DNA of 64,000 bases, taken from the NCBI GenBank assembly GCA_036172245.1, contig JAYWIR010000014.1, forward strand, positions 2,914,001-2,978,000, read 5' to 3'. Each line of letters opens with the position of its first letter. Position 1 is the first letter of the stretch. Shown piece after piece: positions 1 through 12,149 of this stretch. The notes under the pieces were generated by a model, which was not told the origin of the DNA, searched no databases, and was given only the letters and a program-made list of their open reading frames with translations. The position numbers and the translations under genes were made by a program. This DNA is from Raillietiella orientalis (Eukaryota).

Positions 1-170
1 AAAAAAATGGAAGGAATGGGAGAAAGAAAAAAAAATCCCCAAGTCCCTCCGTCGAACCCATTCCCCTTCTCCTCCCCCACCCCTCCCGGGAAGGGGTTGA
101 GTGGGGAATGGGAGAGGGAGGAGAAGGGGATGGGGTCTGGGGACGATGTCAGTCCTCGGCACGCGGGCGA

Positions 171-1515
171 TCACGAGCCCAGGATCGACTTCACACTTGT
201 CGACGCCATCTTGAAGAGCTTGCTCACCACGTAGTTCTTGAGGCAGTGCCACGCGGACGAGGAATCGTCCAGACGCAACATCCATCCTGAGAAGCCGCCT
301 CCGTACTTGTCGCCACCGCCGCCGCCGTCCCCAGCGTGGAAGCCGCCGCCGTCGTCGTACCTCTTGTCCAGGTTCCTGTTGACCAGCCGCAGCTGCTTGG
401 GGCTCTGGATGGGGGTGAAGAACACTTCAGGGGTCTTGGAGTTCAAGAGAGGCACCAGGAGGCGGTCCAGCTTAGTGTAGTAGCGTCCGGGAACAACATC
501 GAACACGGAGATGAACACGGTCCTCAGGGCTTCCATGATGCGCTCGTAGAGTTGCTCTGCAAACATAGGGGTTTCGGGAGCGCTGCCGGGTGCAGAGGGC
601 TTCGCGCTCCCGCCTCCACCGCCTCCATGTGGTGCTTTTTTTCTCGGGGGCTTGCGGTGTCCGTGGATGGGGGGGTTGGAGGACACGCTCTTCACCACGT
701 CTAGGAGGAGTTTCATCAGAGATGGCCTGTGGGGAGCGGGAGCGTCTTCCTCGTACTCCTCCTCTCCCACTTCCTCCTCCTCCTCCTCCTCCAGCAAGGA
801 GGAGGAGCCGAAGGCAGGACCGTCGTCTATGGAATTGTCCTCTGCCGAGGAAGAGGAGGAGGAAAAGGAGGTCTTCCGGGGAGGCGGTTTGAGGAAGAAG
901 CCACTGATGATGTTCTTCACCATGGGGCTGCGGTAGATGTCCGCTGCCAGGGGGATCACCTGGTCGACGAACACGGCCATCTCCGAGCTGGTGTTTCCTC
1001 CGAGCAGCGACGTGACCAGATCCACGATGCGGGAGGCGTCGTTGATGCTGAGGGACCGCGCGGCCGCCGAGAGGTCGCCGCCGCCGTCGACCCACATGTA
1101 ACTGGCCAGGTGCTCGGTGTAGCAGTAGCCGAGGCCCAGCTCGTGGAAGTAGTCGAGGTAGAGCTGCGCAGCGCGGTTCAGCATGGACCCCGGGTTGCGC
1201 AGGAGGGTGGTCTCGTTGAGGTCGTCCTTCCGGTACCTGATGACGGACAGGAACTGCTGGAGGCCCTTGCGGCTCGCCTGGAACGCCTCCGACAGCATGG
1301 CCGGGGGCTTGACCTTCCAGCGGGAGAGGAGTGAGTCGAAGAGGGCGTGGTAGCGCTGGTACGCCGCCTTCAGGCGAGACCTCGTCAGCTCCAGCATGTA
1401 GTCGCTCCCGGCGATGGCAGAGTCGCCGCTCCGGTTGACCGGCGGGGCGACCAACTCCGCCGCCCTGCGAGGCCTCCGTAGAGGCCCTGCGGCCCGAGCG
1501 TTCAGCATGCGGCAG
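171..1515 (-). CDS. Orphan protein, 445-codon ORF; probably the terminal exon of a gene
   Basis: Uninterrupted frame 171..1508 with very strong G/C third-position bias. It reads as two globular, helical-looking blocks (MLELTRSRLKAAYQRYHALFD...NIISGFFLKP and EQLYERIMEALR...SKLFKMAS) joined by poly-S/poly-E/poly-G linkers. A pyrimidine-rich acceptor (ttttcttgcctgcattgcag) ends at 1516, so upstream exons may exist. No family recognised. Confidence 0.7.
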
Positions 1516-4500
1516 CTGCAATGCAGGCAAGAAAACGGAGGCGAACAAACAAGAGGATCAAGAAAGTAGGAAACGGGGGAATCACCCCGGCGGTATCAAG
1601 CCACTGGAAGGAGGAAGAGACCCACAAGGAAGGAGGAGCGGTGTCTCGGGGCGGACATGGGGGAGCGAGAAGCAGCAGAAAAAGCAGGGGGGGGGGGAGA
1701 AGACCCCGAGGGCACGTCTGCGCCCTTGGTCGAACCCTGGAAAACTTGCTTCAATCGGCTGCTGCTCGCTCCCATCGTTTTCTGTATCGGGGCTCCCCTC
1801 CGCGACCGGGGCAGGAAGGGGGAGGGGGAGGGAAGAGAGAGAGTGGCTCTCCGCCGGGGAGAGATGAGCGCGCGAACCAAAAGTGTGCTAGTCTGGAGTA
1901 AGCGACCGGGAATGATCAGGGGGACGAGGCAGCTGTGTGCCTCCCTGACCAGCGCGGACCACCCGTCACCACCTCCTTCCTCCTCTCTGCCCCGGTTGAC
2001 CGAGCGGTTGCGAAGCTGAAAGGAAGGCGGGCCGCTTCCTCGCGTTCCTCTGCTCCCACCATGCGCATCCTCCCGGTCCCGCCGCACTCGAGGGAAAAAA
2101 GGAGCGCGCGTCCTTCCCCCGTTCACAGTGCAATGCCCCTCCTTTGTTCCGGGAGAGGAGAGGAAGAGGGGGGGGAGGAGGGAACCTGCCTCTGCTCTCT
2201 CGTCTCCGGAGGTCTCGGTCGTCGCCGTGGAGGCGAGCGAGAGTGAGCGCGCGCAAGATGCCCTCTGGCACCGCTAGGCGGGTCGGGTCTTCGAGCGCTG
2301 CCGGCGACCTTCCTGGTGCTGCCTCCGCTCCTCTTACCCCCCATATCTAAACCCTTCTCCGGAATAGCTTCGACTCCGGCTTGGCAGGTCACGCATGCAG
2401 CCCCCTCCCCCTCTTCCCTTTCTTCTTACAAGGACAGCCGCTCTCGACAGCGCTCTCCCTCCGCGTTTCGAGGGGAAGAGGCAGGCGAGGGAGAGGATGA
2501 GGAGGAAAACCGACAGGAAACCCGGCTCGTCCAGGTCATTCCCGCCTACGCCTTCCGTCGTGACTCCCTGCTCCCATGGCCGGCAAGGTGGACTCGCCCC
2601 TCCTTCCTTGGTCTGCTAATCGCGCCCTGCAGCAAAGTCCCCAAGCTCTGCGCTACTGCGCACGAGGGAGACTTCCGTAGGATCCCTTCGTTTTAGAGCG
2701 GACACGGCCCGGATCCCTGACACAGCGTGCCGTGCTCCTCCCTTTCTTCCCCATCCTCCTCCACTTGAATCGCGGCTGTTCTTCGGATAGTCACCCGGGA
2801 GCTGTAAGGGGGGAAGGGACGGGCTCGAACACCCACGAAAAGCTTCCCTCCATGATCCGACTCCCATTTCCGGAGATGGTTTCTCCCGAGCATAGGTCGC
2901 ACGCTTCCGGGGGAAGGAGATTCCGTCCGCATCGGGTCGATAGTTCATGCGCCGCAAGCGACTTGACCTCGAAGTCAGAGGCCTCCTCCTCCTCCCTCCC
3001 TCTGTTCCTCTTCTTTTCTCCTTCGGACGTCAGCAGGGGTTTGCGCGCTTCGCCCCAGGCTCAACCCTTGCAGCTCCAGCCGCGACTCCACGAAATTTTT
3101 ACCCTTCCGAGGCAAGAGAAAGGGAGAGTCGATGAAGAGAGGGGGAGGGCTTGCAATGGGAGGGAATGGGAAGAGGGTGGCAGGAAGAACGGGACGGCGA
3201 TGGAAGCAACGACCCGTAGACGCCGCTCGAAGCGGCTGCTGGTCGTCCCGCCGCCGTCCAGAGTGACCCGACCTGCAGCTGCTCCTTCGCCTCTCCTCGT
3301 AGCAGGATAGCAAAGAGAGGCGTCCCTCAGGACGTTCTCCTCTTCCTCGCCCGTACTTTTTCTGTCCTAATTCCGATCTCCTCCCTCTCCCCCTCCTCCT
3401 CCTCGCCTCTGACCTCATCTTAGCGGCGACAGGAAGTACTCCGCCGCCGCCGCCGCCGAAGCAGCCACCGTCGGGGCCCCTTTGGAGTTGTTTACGCAAG
3501 AGCCGCCTCCCTCGAGGAGCAAAAGAATGCGACCTTGAGAATGCGCCGCTGCGACCTTTTTTCCCGAACCCGCGAGCACACGGGAAGCGGTCCGTCAGAA
3601 GGGAGAAGGCGAGGGAAGTAGCCCTGGTGGGGGAAGGGTGGATAAATCCAGTGATGCGGTAGCCAATCCCGGCGGAGGAAACAAACTTACAGTGGAGGCA
3701 AGGAGACGCGCGCCTGGGGGTGGAAGGGTGACTGTTGGCTGGCGTCTCTTCCTCCTCCTCTCCTCCTCCTCCTCCTCTTCTTCGAGAAGCACGCGAGGCG
3801 GAGACTTTCCCCCCCCTGACCCGCTTTCCCCTTTCCCGGAAGGAATGCGGGTTACGACTGCCAAGAGTCAGGAAGGACGCTGTCCTCTCCCCGTGCCTTC
3901 CCTCTGCAAAGGGGGGAGCGAGGGAGGAAGTAGGTAAAGAAAGAAAAAAGTCGACCTCTGCCAAGCACCTGTCGCGCTTCCTGGAAGAGAGAGAGGAGGA
4001 GAAGAGCGGGAAAGGGGATTTTTTCTTGGAGACCAAACCTTCTCCTCCCCTTTTCCCTCTTTTCGCTAGGAACAGAGATAGGGGCGCAAGGGAAGAGGAG
4101 GAGGGATGCGAATGAGTGTCTCTGGGCGGGACGAGGGAGTGTGGGGAAGAGAGATCAAGGAAGCTGGCTGGTGGGGAAATTCCCGCGTCGAGTCTGTTCT
4201 TGAGGGTCGGAGGGTGTCACGGGACTGCGGCAGGGATGGAAGGGTGAGGTTGGTCCTAGACGTACGAACCAAGGAGTCTTCCCCATTCGAACGACTCCTT
4301 CCTCCTATTCTTCACTGGAGCCTGAGGAGGGAAGGAGGGGGTTCGGTCGCATCCCCTTCCCACGTGTGCGGGTTATTCCGAAGCTCCCTCCCTACTCCCT
4401 CCTTCCAACAGCAACAACAAAAAAAAGGCCCCCACTCTTCCCCCTGTCCCTTAAGAGAGCGCATCGACCTCTCCCACCCCCCTTTCACGTTCTTCCCTTC

Positions 4501-4567
4501 CTTCTCTTTCCAAGGGGGTGACAGGCGGTTAGGCAGCGAAGGAACAAAAGGATAAAAGTAGCCAGCC

Positions 4568-5109
4568 TTACTCTGCGGTACGGTTGCCGAGGCAACACAC
4601 TTTCTGGTTTCTGACGATGCCCGTCGCCTCCCATCTGTCATCGCACCACTTGTAGTATCCACCGAGGCGCAGCGAGGTCACGTACCCTTCCTCGGGAAGG
4701 AAGGGACGGGAGCACAAGGACCTCACCGTGGATGGGCTCAACGTTGACTCGATTACCCTCAGCTTGAACCCGGACGTGATGTCACCGAGCTGAGGGGAGA
4801 AGACGCTCTGCATCCGAGGGGAGATGGGCACAGAGAAAAGAGGAGGGGCGTACGAGGGTGTCTTCTGGATCCATCTTGAGGGGGAGGGGCGCAGGGACCA
4901 CCTACCGTCCTCATACAGCTCCGCCGGCAGATGTCCTTGCTGCTGCGGCGGACGCAGTCCGAGGTCCCTTGGTCTCCCCGGACAATCTCCTCTCCCAGCA
5001 CCCCGGGCTGGTGGACGACGAAGACGTTGCAAGAGCATCGGCCCTCGGAAAGCCAAGGAGCCAGGGCCACCCCGAGCAGCACAGGTCCGAAGACGTCGAT
5101 CACACGCAT
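4568..5109 (-). CDS. Small secreted cysteine-rich protein (~141 aa), Fcp3C (follicle cell protein 3C)-like cysteine pattern; 2 coding exons
   Basis: Exon 1 5109..4906, phase-0 intron 4905..4790 (gtaggt...tctcccctcag), exon 2 4789..4568. Spliced product: signal-like MRVIDVFGPVLLGVALAPWLSEG then RCSCNVF...DC...ICRRSC...SLC...YYKWCDDRWEATGIVRNQKVCC. This fits the CxCxVF...C...CxxxC...C...YxxCxxxWxxTxL...CC pattern I recall for Fcp3C-like proteins. An acceptor-like ttcttccag lies just upstream of the ATG. Confidence 0.75.
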
Positions 5110-5873
5110 TTTCACTGGAAGAAAGCAGGCGGTGGGTCCGGTGAGAGGGAAGAAAAGCCAAGGAGGAAGTGCGGTGGGGACAGCGGAAAGGACTCTGGTC
5201 CGCCTCCTCCTTTTGTCGCTCCTTATTCACCCCATTATCACCACCTCTTCCTCTGATGCCCCACGGAGAGGACTCTCGACCAGCCGCGACTGCCCTCCCC
5301 CAGCCAAACTGAGGTCCCGAGAGAGATAGGAAGAGGCCGAGACATGGAAGTCTTGCCACCTCCATGCCTAGCCGCTGCAGCTGTCCTCCCCCGATAGGGC
5401 CCGTGTCGAGGATCTTCCTTTCGGATGCTCGCCCCACTGGCCCGTTGGCCTTTCCCACTGCTCCAGAGGGTTCCCTGCCCAGCAGTCTTTTTCCGCCTCC
5501 CGAGCACCAGCAGCCGTGCTCCTCCCCGCTCGCCCGGGCGGGTCCACGGCTCAAAGACGCAGTCCCTGGCGGTCCCGGGCGCAGCCTTCCCACTCACGAA
5601 CCGGGTTTTCCCAGGTTACTGACCTTATGCTTCCGCGAGCGCGCGCGTTTCCAGGAGGTGGAGGCGGCGGGAGCGGCGACGTCCTGCGCGGTGTCCATCC
5701 AAATGTTCACCTCGAGAGCACTTCCGGCGCTGCCGCCTCTCTGGCTGCTGCTGCTGCTGCTGCTCCTACGGCTGGCTCGGGCGGACTCATCGCGGCACGC
5801 CGTCTGATAGGTGACTGGCAGCCCGCGTGACTCCGCGCGGGATAGCGCGGTCAGTGGCGGCGTGGCGCTACGC

Positions 5874-5891
5874 GCGCGTGACGTCACGCGC
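5874..5891. promoter_or_regulatory. 18-bp perfect palindrome centred on a CRE (TGACGTCA) in a CpG-rich putative promoter
   Basis: GCGCGTGACGTCACGCGC. A second TGACGTCA is at 6172-6179. It lies upstream of the minus-strand secreted-protein gene and of a possible non-coding first exon ending at a gtcagt donor near 5623. Confidence 0.35.
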
Positions 5892-7399
5892 CATTCTTCC
5901 TCCTCCCTGAATGGAATACCTGCCATTCCTTTGTGACCGTGACATATCGCTTGCCACGCGGTCCAGGCAGGAGTCTCCCTTCTCTCGGTCTCTTCTTCTT
6001 CCTGCCTGCCTCTCTCTCTCCCCCTCCATGGCTTTTCCCTCCCGGAGCCCGGAGATCGGTCACAGAGCTCCCCTATGCGCAAGTAACCAGCAACATCCAG
6101 GAGAGGAAAGGGGTAAGGGGGCAGGCAGAAATTTCAATGGAGAGCGTCCGCCCATATCCTCGACGGAGGGATGACGTCAGCCTCACTCGTGAAGAAGGCG
6201 TGGAAAGCGCCGCGGAGCATCCCTGCTCGCAGGGGCAGTTTCAGCGATTGCGGACCTGGTGAGGGCGCGGGGGAGAGGGAAGGGGAGGACGAATCCGGAA
6301 AGGAGAGGAAATTGGACAGGGGATGGAGAGGGTGAACGGATGAACGGGGGTTTGCGCGCGTGCGCGCTGATGGCAGCCTGCGGCCGTGGCGAGTCGGCGC
6401 TGCCCTACTTAGACCGGCTCGCGCGGGGGCAGTAGGTTACGCGGCGGAGTTTTCCGCCGAGAGTGGTTGAGGGAGATCGCGGCGAGTCTCCCGCCCGAGG
6501 GGAGCCCGCGCGCGCGCGCGGAGGGAGTGGCGTCAAGAGGAGTCGGTTAAGCGGGCCGGACGCACACGGGTGTCCTCCTGGGGAATGCGTGCCGGTCCCG
6601 GTGGCCGGCACGCGCTCGGAGGAGGCGAGCTCGCTGGCTACGTCACTCCCCTGAAGCAGAGGAAGGGGGGGGGGGGTGAGGAGGGAGAAGGAGAAGAGCA
6701 GCTTCCCTCCGGATGGCCGCTGACCAATCTCGAAACTGCAGGGGGACGCTCTCTCTCGTAGATCGCACAGCTGACGCCGACGGAAGAGCCCACCCTGTAG
6801 TCAGGAGAGGAAGGGATGAACAAGGCGAGTGGGCGGGAAAGGTGTCTTGGGGGATCATGCCAAATTTTGAGCAGGCGCCACGAAGGGCACCCCACCTCCC
6901 AGCGACCGAGATTTGAGGGTCAGGCTACATAAAGTCGCTTCTTTCTCTCCTCACATCCAGTTCTTTCCCATTTCGATCCTAGTGCGGAAAAGCCAAGAGC
7001 AGCGGGAAGCACTCCAGAAGAGAGAAAGAAGGGGGGGGGGAGAGCCCGTCCCAGTAGCATCCGTCTCTCTTCCCCTTTAGAAGGAAGGAAGCCCTTTCAC
7101 AAGCAGGGCAAGGGGTGAGGGAGCGTTCCGATGCCTGACAGTAGAGGGACAATGCGCTGATACCACCCACGGTTCTTTCCGGTTCTATTTTAGCTGTTTT
7201 AGCCTTTATCCCGGTCCTATGAGGCGGCGACGCACCCATCGATCCCTCCGTCCCGAAACCTATGGAACCCTGCACCTCCCGTTTTCCCCTTACCTTGTGA
7301 GATACGCGCGTCACAGTGGGGCTCCTACAGTGGGGCTCCTACGGTTGCAGAACTCCTTATGTGCTCCTTCTCCTTCACCGCGTTCCTGTTTTCCTCTTC

Positions 7400-9600
7400 T
7401 TATCCTACTAGTCCACCCCCCCTTCCCAAGAGTATTGCGATGGTTCGCCCACAGAACCAGGCGCACGTTTGCTCTCGCGCTTGTTGAGGACACTTCCCCA
7501 CGAAATTTGGATCCTGGGTCTTTCCTCGTCCATGTTTTCGTACCTCTCATGCTCGGCATTCTCTTCAGGAAGAGCCCGTTGTCTTCGAGCAACGGTCAGT
7601 CGGCATTGCCGGCTCGTCCCACCGATGGCAGGAGAACAGTGCCATTCACTTCACCATGCCACCAAGAAAGGGGTCGACGGCATCCACCCTCTTACAGGAT
7701 ATCTCTTTTCTCATCCTCCCTTCCTCCTCTTCCTTCTTCCTGCAATCCGGTTTGCCCCGAGGTCTGCGGTGTGCCACCTGGGCCGCCGCTGTGGCACCAG
7801 TAGCGCCATGTCAAGACCTTTCGGGAAGACTCTGGTTTGGTCTCTGGAGGCGATATGCTGAAGCAAAGGGAGGATTAATGATGGGTTAGGGAAGGAAGCG
7901 GCGAATGTCTCCTGTGGAGTGCATCGATCGAGAAGGATCTGCATCGAGACCCTGACTCCCGTAATCCCTGACGAGGGAGAGGAAGAAGAAGAGTGGTGTC
8001 TCCTTAAATAACGCTCTTTGGGACCACCACACCTTCCTCTCCCCTCCCCTTCACCTTTCTCCCACCCTCTTCTCCAAGGCGGAGAAAGTACCTGCCGCCT
8101 CCACCTCGTGATGCGCGCTTCGGTCCCCCCAACCTAAGAACGTCCAAGAAACCTCAGTGCGAGGCCGCCAAAGAGACGGCGGCGCTGCTCTCTTCCTGAA
8201 GGGAAAGATAGGAAGAGGCAAAACGGAGGGAGAGGAAGAAGAGAGGCAGAAGCTGGAACTGGAAAGACGAGGAGACGGCGACTTGCCTGGTTTCCTTTCC
8301 TGTGATTTCCTGTGTCCTTCTCCAACGTGTTTTTCACTGAGGCTATTCCTGCGCGCGCGAGCCCTAGAGGTGGGATAGAAGATGTCCGAATGGTGAAGTC
8401 GTTCCCATCTAGGCTACCAGCGACCTTCGCGAATGCAGAGGACAGGGGATGGGGAAGGACAAAAAAGAGAACAACAAGAGAAAAGATGGGAAGCCCGCTG
8501 GGAGGACTGGTCTGGAAGGGGAGGAAGCGATGGTTCGGTGTCTCCGACGAAAGGGCACGGGGCAGGGTTGGCAGACGCTCCACCACCACCCTTGCAGGGT
8601 TGTTCCGCTCTGGATCCCTCCGTGGTCCCCTAAGAGGAGCTGAGCTTTGGGGAAGTCAAAGGTGGAAGAGGGGAAAAAGATGATTGCTTTGGGATGTACC
8701 GAGGTGAAGTGGAATCCTCTGGATCCGAACTCACCAAATGCATTCGAGAGCTGTCCGCTCCACTCTTGTCCACCTCCCCTTCTTGGACCCCTATTCCTCC
8801 TCCCCCGGTCGCTGCCATCGTCGTCTCCATCGACTCAGCGGCACGCTCCGCTCTGGCGGGAAGGACCTTCTGGTTCGTAGATCTATCGAGAGTCGCCACC
8901 CTGTAGCGCCACTTGGCGGTGTGCACATCAACGTGCGCGATGGCGCACTCAGTCCTCCGCCCTAAGAGCTCCAGGTAAAGGGTAACCTTCGGGAAGAGCT
9001 TATGCTCCTCCTGCATCACTGCTTCTCAACAGGGGGAAGCTCGCCTTTCCGTCCCGCTGCCTCTGACCCTCTCCGACCCGCAGGCTGCAGCTTTAGCTGC
9101 TCCACGACCTCCTCTCCCGCCTGTTTCCGCTGTTCCGGGATCCACTTCCGCCTCCCTTTCCCCGGAACCATCTGCTCACCCCTCTCCAGTTCGCGAACAC
9201 TAGCCGATCCCCCCATGTTGCTCTCAACCTCCTCTCCTTCTCTCCCCACCCACATTTCCATTCCTTGTTTCATTAGGGAAGGAAGATGGCTGATTCGCCC
9301 TCACCAAGCAAAACATCCCTTTGGTGGATTGCTTCATGTATCCCCTGGAGCGCGACGGGAATCCGAGAGGACGCTCCCCAGCTCCCGAGCTTCCGAACCT
9401 TCTTCCCAGCTTCCCGTTCCCCCCTCCCTTTCATCTGACGGCGCACGGGTGCTCTCTCTCCATTCGTTCGCGGAGGCTGACCAACGCCACAGGGCCAGCC
9501 ACCAGTGCATCTCAGGGAGCGTCTCAGGGGTTTTGCAACGATGGGTGACTCGGAAACGCAGATCCATGAGAGCCGCGGCAAATGACGGTAGTGATGATGA
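7400..9600 (-). mobile_element. Very degenerate Ty3/gypsy-like gag-pol relic
   Basis: Faint ordered motifs on the minus strand: gag-like (VALQGIHEAIHQRDVLL), protease-like (TLYLELLGRRTECAIAHVD) and RT N-terminus-like (IPPLGLARAG...; QILLD...). Motifs are weak. Confidence 0.2.
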
Positions 9601-9699
9601 TAAAATGGAAATGATGACGCGGCCGATAATGGAAGAGGGGACTAACCGGCGGTGTTCCCCCTTTGCTCACCCTGGGAAGAAATACGGCCCAAACCCCTT

Positions 9700-10850
9700 C
9701 TCGGAAGGCCGCCTTCGAAAAGCCGCCTCCCCAGCCAGAGACTCTCTTCTCGTACCTCAGCTTCACCTGCCTGGATGACGGTTCCGCCAGCTGGTGCTTC
9801 CAGTGCCCCCCCCCCATTCGCAGCCGTCGAAGACAGCTGGTGCACCCTTGCGAGTGGGAAGCCAAAACAGGAGCTGAGAGCGAGGTCCTTCTCTCGGGAA
9901 GGATGGACACGGCCTTCCTCTCGACTCTTGCAGCTGAGGGCGAGGGTGGGCGGAGCGCCCCAACAAATTCGTCGGCCCCCTCGGCGGCACTCCCAACCCT
10001 GGAACCGGGTCCCCAACGTCGAGGAGGCTGCGCTGCCCGGGAGTGCAAGCTGTCTCCCGACGGCGTCGCTCCTGGCAGCTCGGCTGGAACGCGAGACTCC
10101 ACCTGGAGTGCCGGTTTCCCTTCACCCTTCCGGAGGAGGACCGCTCGCGAAGAACCTTCCAAGAGGACTCTGAGGGGGGATTGAGAGCTCCTCGCGACGT
10201 GCCAGGGCTGGAACTCCCGCTCGAGGCACTCACGGGGCAGCAGCGACCTGCATCCCCTGCAGCGGCTCCTAGTAAACAAGGAGAGGAGGAGGAAAAAGGC
10301 AGCTAGACCTTGACTCTCGAGATGTTCCCCCCTCCCCCACCTCTTTCACCCGACTTTCCCGCTTCGATGACGTCCTGCCCCGGGTGACGACCACCACGCT
10401 GCTGGTCTCCTGCGTCTGCGGAAATTCCTCGTCTTGCGCGCTCCCCCCCCCCTCCCCCACGGCGAAGCCGGTGCGATCGAGGGTTCGGATCACGTTCGGG
10501 ACCCCGCCGCGTAGCTCCCCCCCATCCCAGTTCGTGAGCACGAGTTCCCGTCCCACGAGCGTAATTACACCCCGACCGCCGGGCAAATGAGACGATGGTC
10601 CAGCATTGCTTGTTTTCGGCATTGTAGCGTCTTCTTTTTCCTCGCTTCTTTCCCTGTTTGTTTGTTTTTTCTTTCTTTATTGCAGGACCACAATTAGCCA
10701 TCTGCCGGCATCAAGTCTTAATTGGGAACATCCGTGGTCGTTCAGCACGAGATCGGGAGAAGACGCAGGTGTACAGTTTGGCGATGTCCCGTTGGAAAAG
10801 ATCTTTGATCTCTGGTCGAGAATAAAAATCGCGGGTTCGCCCCTCCCCCT
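9700..10850 (-). mobile_element. Degenerate Ty1/copia integrase-RT relic
   Basis: KIFSNGT...VLNDHGCSQL ~ K.LRSDNG...L..HGI; NAENKQCWTIVSFARR ~ NG.AER.NRTIVE.AR; further downstream WKVLRE...GRVKGNRHSRWSLAFQP...RET ~ WV.K.K..G.V.RYKARLVA.GF.Q...ET. Confidence 0.35.
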
Positions 10851-11635
10851 TCCCCTCCCCCTCCACCACGAGGGACCAGAAAGGTCCCTTCGGGGAACGA
10901 GCTGCGTCCGCGAGCCGCCTCCAAGGTAGGGAGCCGTGGAGGTCTCCGCCCCCACCCCTTATGCGACACCTAGGCCTATGCGGAACACCTAGGCCTCCGC
11001 GCCTCGCTTCCGCGAAACGGCCGGCACATCCCTGAGGGAAAGGGAGCACCTTCAGTAAGGGGGAGAGGCACCGGTCGGCTGGTGCTGTCCCCTCCTTTCC
11101 TCACTCCCTCCCTCACTGCTCATTTACTGGGGCAGATCTGTAGCTCCCTACGCGCGACGCGCCTCCCATCTGGTGGGACGGCGCGCTCTGAGCTGTTCCT
11201 CGGAGCTGGAAGGTAAGGATCCTGGTTTGGAACTGTCTCCCTCGCCTGTGCTGCGCCTGCTCACGGTCTGGCAGACCTCGCTCGTTCCTGCTCCCTCCTC
11301 CCCCTTCCAGGAAGCTCTCGGATCACGCCAACCCGTGGCTACCAGCCCACCACCGTGTCAGCTCTTCCAGAGAGACTGCTCGTCTCTCGGGAACCGCAAG
11401 GACTCCTTCGTTGACCTTAGTGGGGGATACCGATGCAGGCATCAACGGTGGCTGGTCGTGTTCCCTACCTATTTTCCCAGTGCAGAGTCTACCCATGTCC
11501 CAGGCACAGTGCCCCGAAAGAATTTCTGAAAATAGTAGGTAAGCGCTGAGAGATTCGTGACGAAGGTCTCTCCCCCTCCCTCCCCCCCAAAACGACCCCG
11601 CTTCAGAGATCTAAGATTCAGCACTCGTGCTGGGC

Positions 11636-11711
11636 TCTTCTCTGACAGAATCCAGGACGCGAGCTGAAGGCGCGTACCTTCAGCTTGCGTCCTGGATTCT
11701 GTCAGAGAAGA
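11636..11711. repeat. 35-bp-stem hairpin (quasi-palindrome)
   Basis: tcttctctgacagaatccaggacgcgagctgaagg - cgcgta - ccttcagcttgcgtcctggattctgtcagagaaga. 34 of 35 pairs are Watson-Crick; the exception is G.T (G.U in + strand RNA). Confidence 0.95.
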
Positions 11712-12149
11712 CTGAGGGGTCTCCCAAGGGCTCCCCGAACGCAGCCATCCTGGCCGTGTCGTATTCTGTGCAGCCTTTGAATCTACGCCCCAACGCTCTT
11801 TCCCCTCCCCCTCCTCTCCCTGTCGACAGTTTGCTTAGTGGTTGCCAACAGCGTCGCATCTCATCTCGTCCATGCTCACAAGGTCAAAGTATCACTCGTC
11901 AAACGGTTCTTCATCGCGCATGCACTTTCCGTCACGCACGCCGGCTAGCTGGACCGTCCGTGGAGCCAGCTGTCAGGGGACCTGACCTGCTCGAAATGCC
12001 TCGTGAAGATGGAGGCGTCCGGGGCTTAGAAAAAAAAAAAAAAAAACAGCAACGAGAACCGACCCGAAGGCGACTGCATGAATCCTGGGGGAGAGCGGGA
12101 TAGGATGCTGCTTCCAGTAGCGAAAGGGAAGCTCCGATGCCACCGAACT

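Noticed and set aside
472..1548. 358-aa and other overlapping ORFs over the 445-aa ORF
   Set aside because: R/P/G-rich shadow frames produced by extreme GC3 in the true frame.
2975..4036. 353-aa ORF and many similar 100-300 aa ORFs in the GC-rich domain
   Set aside because: Low-complexity R/G/S/P composition with no codon periodicity or motifs; expected from stop-codon scarcity at high GC.
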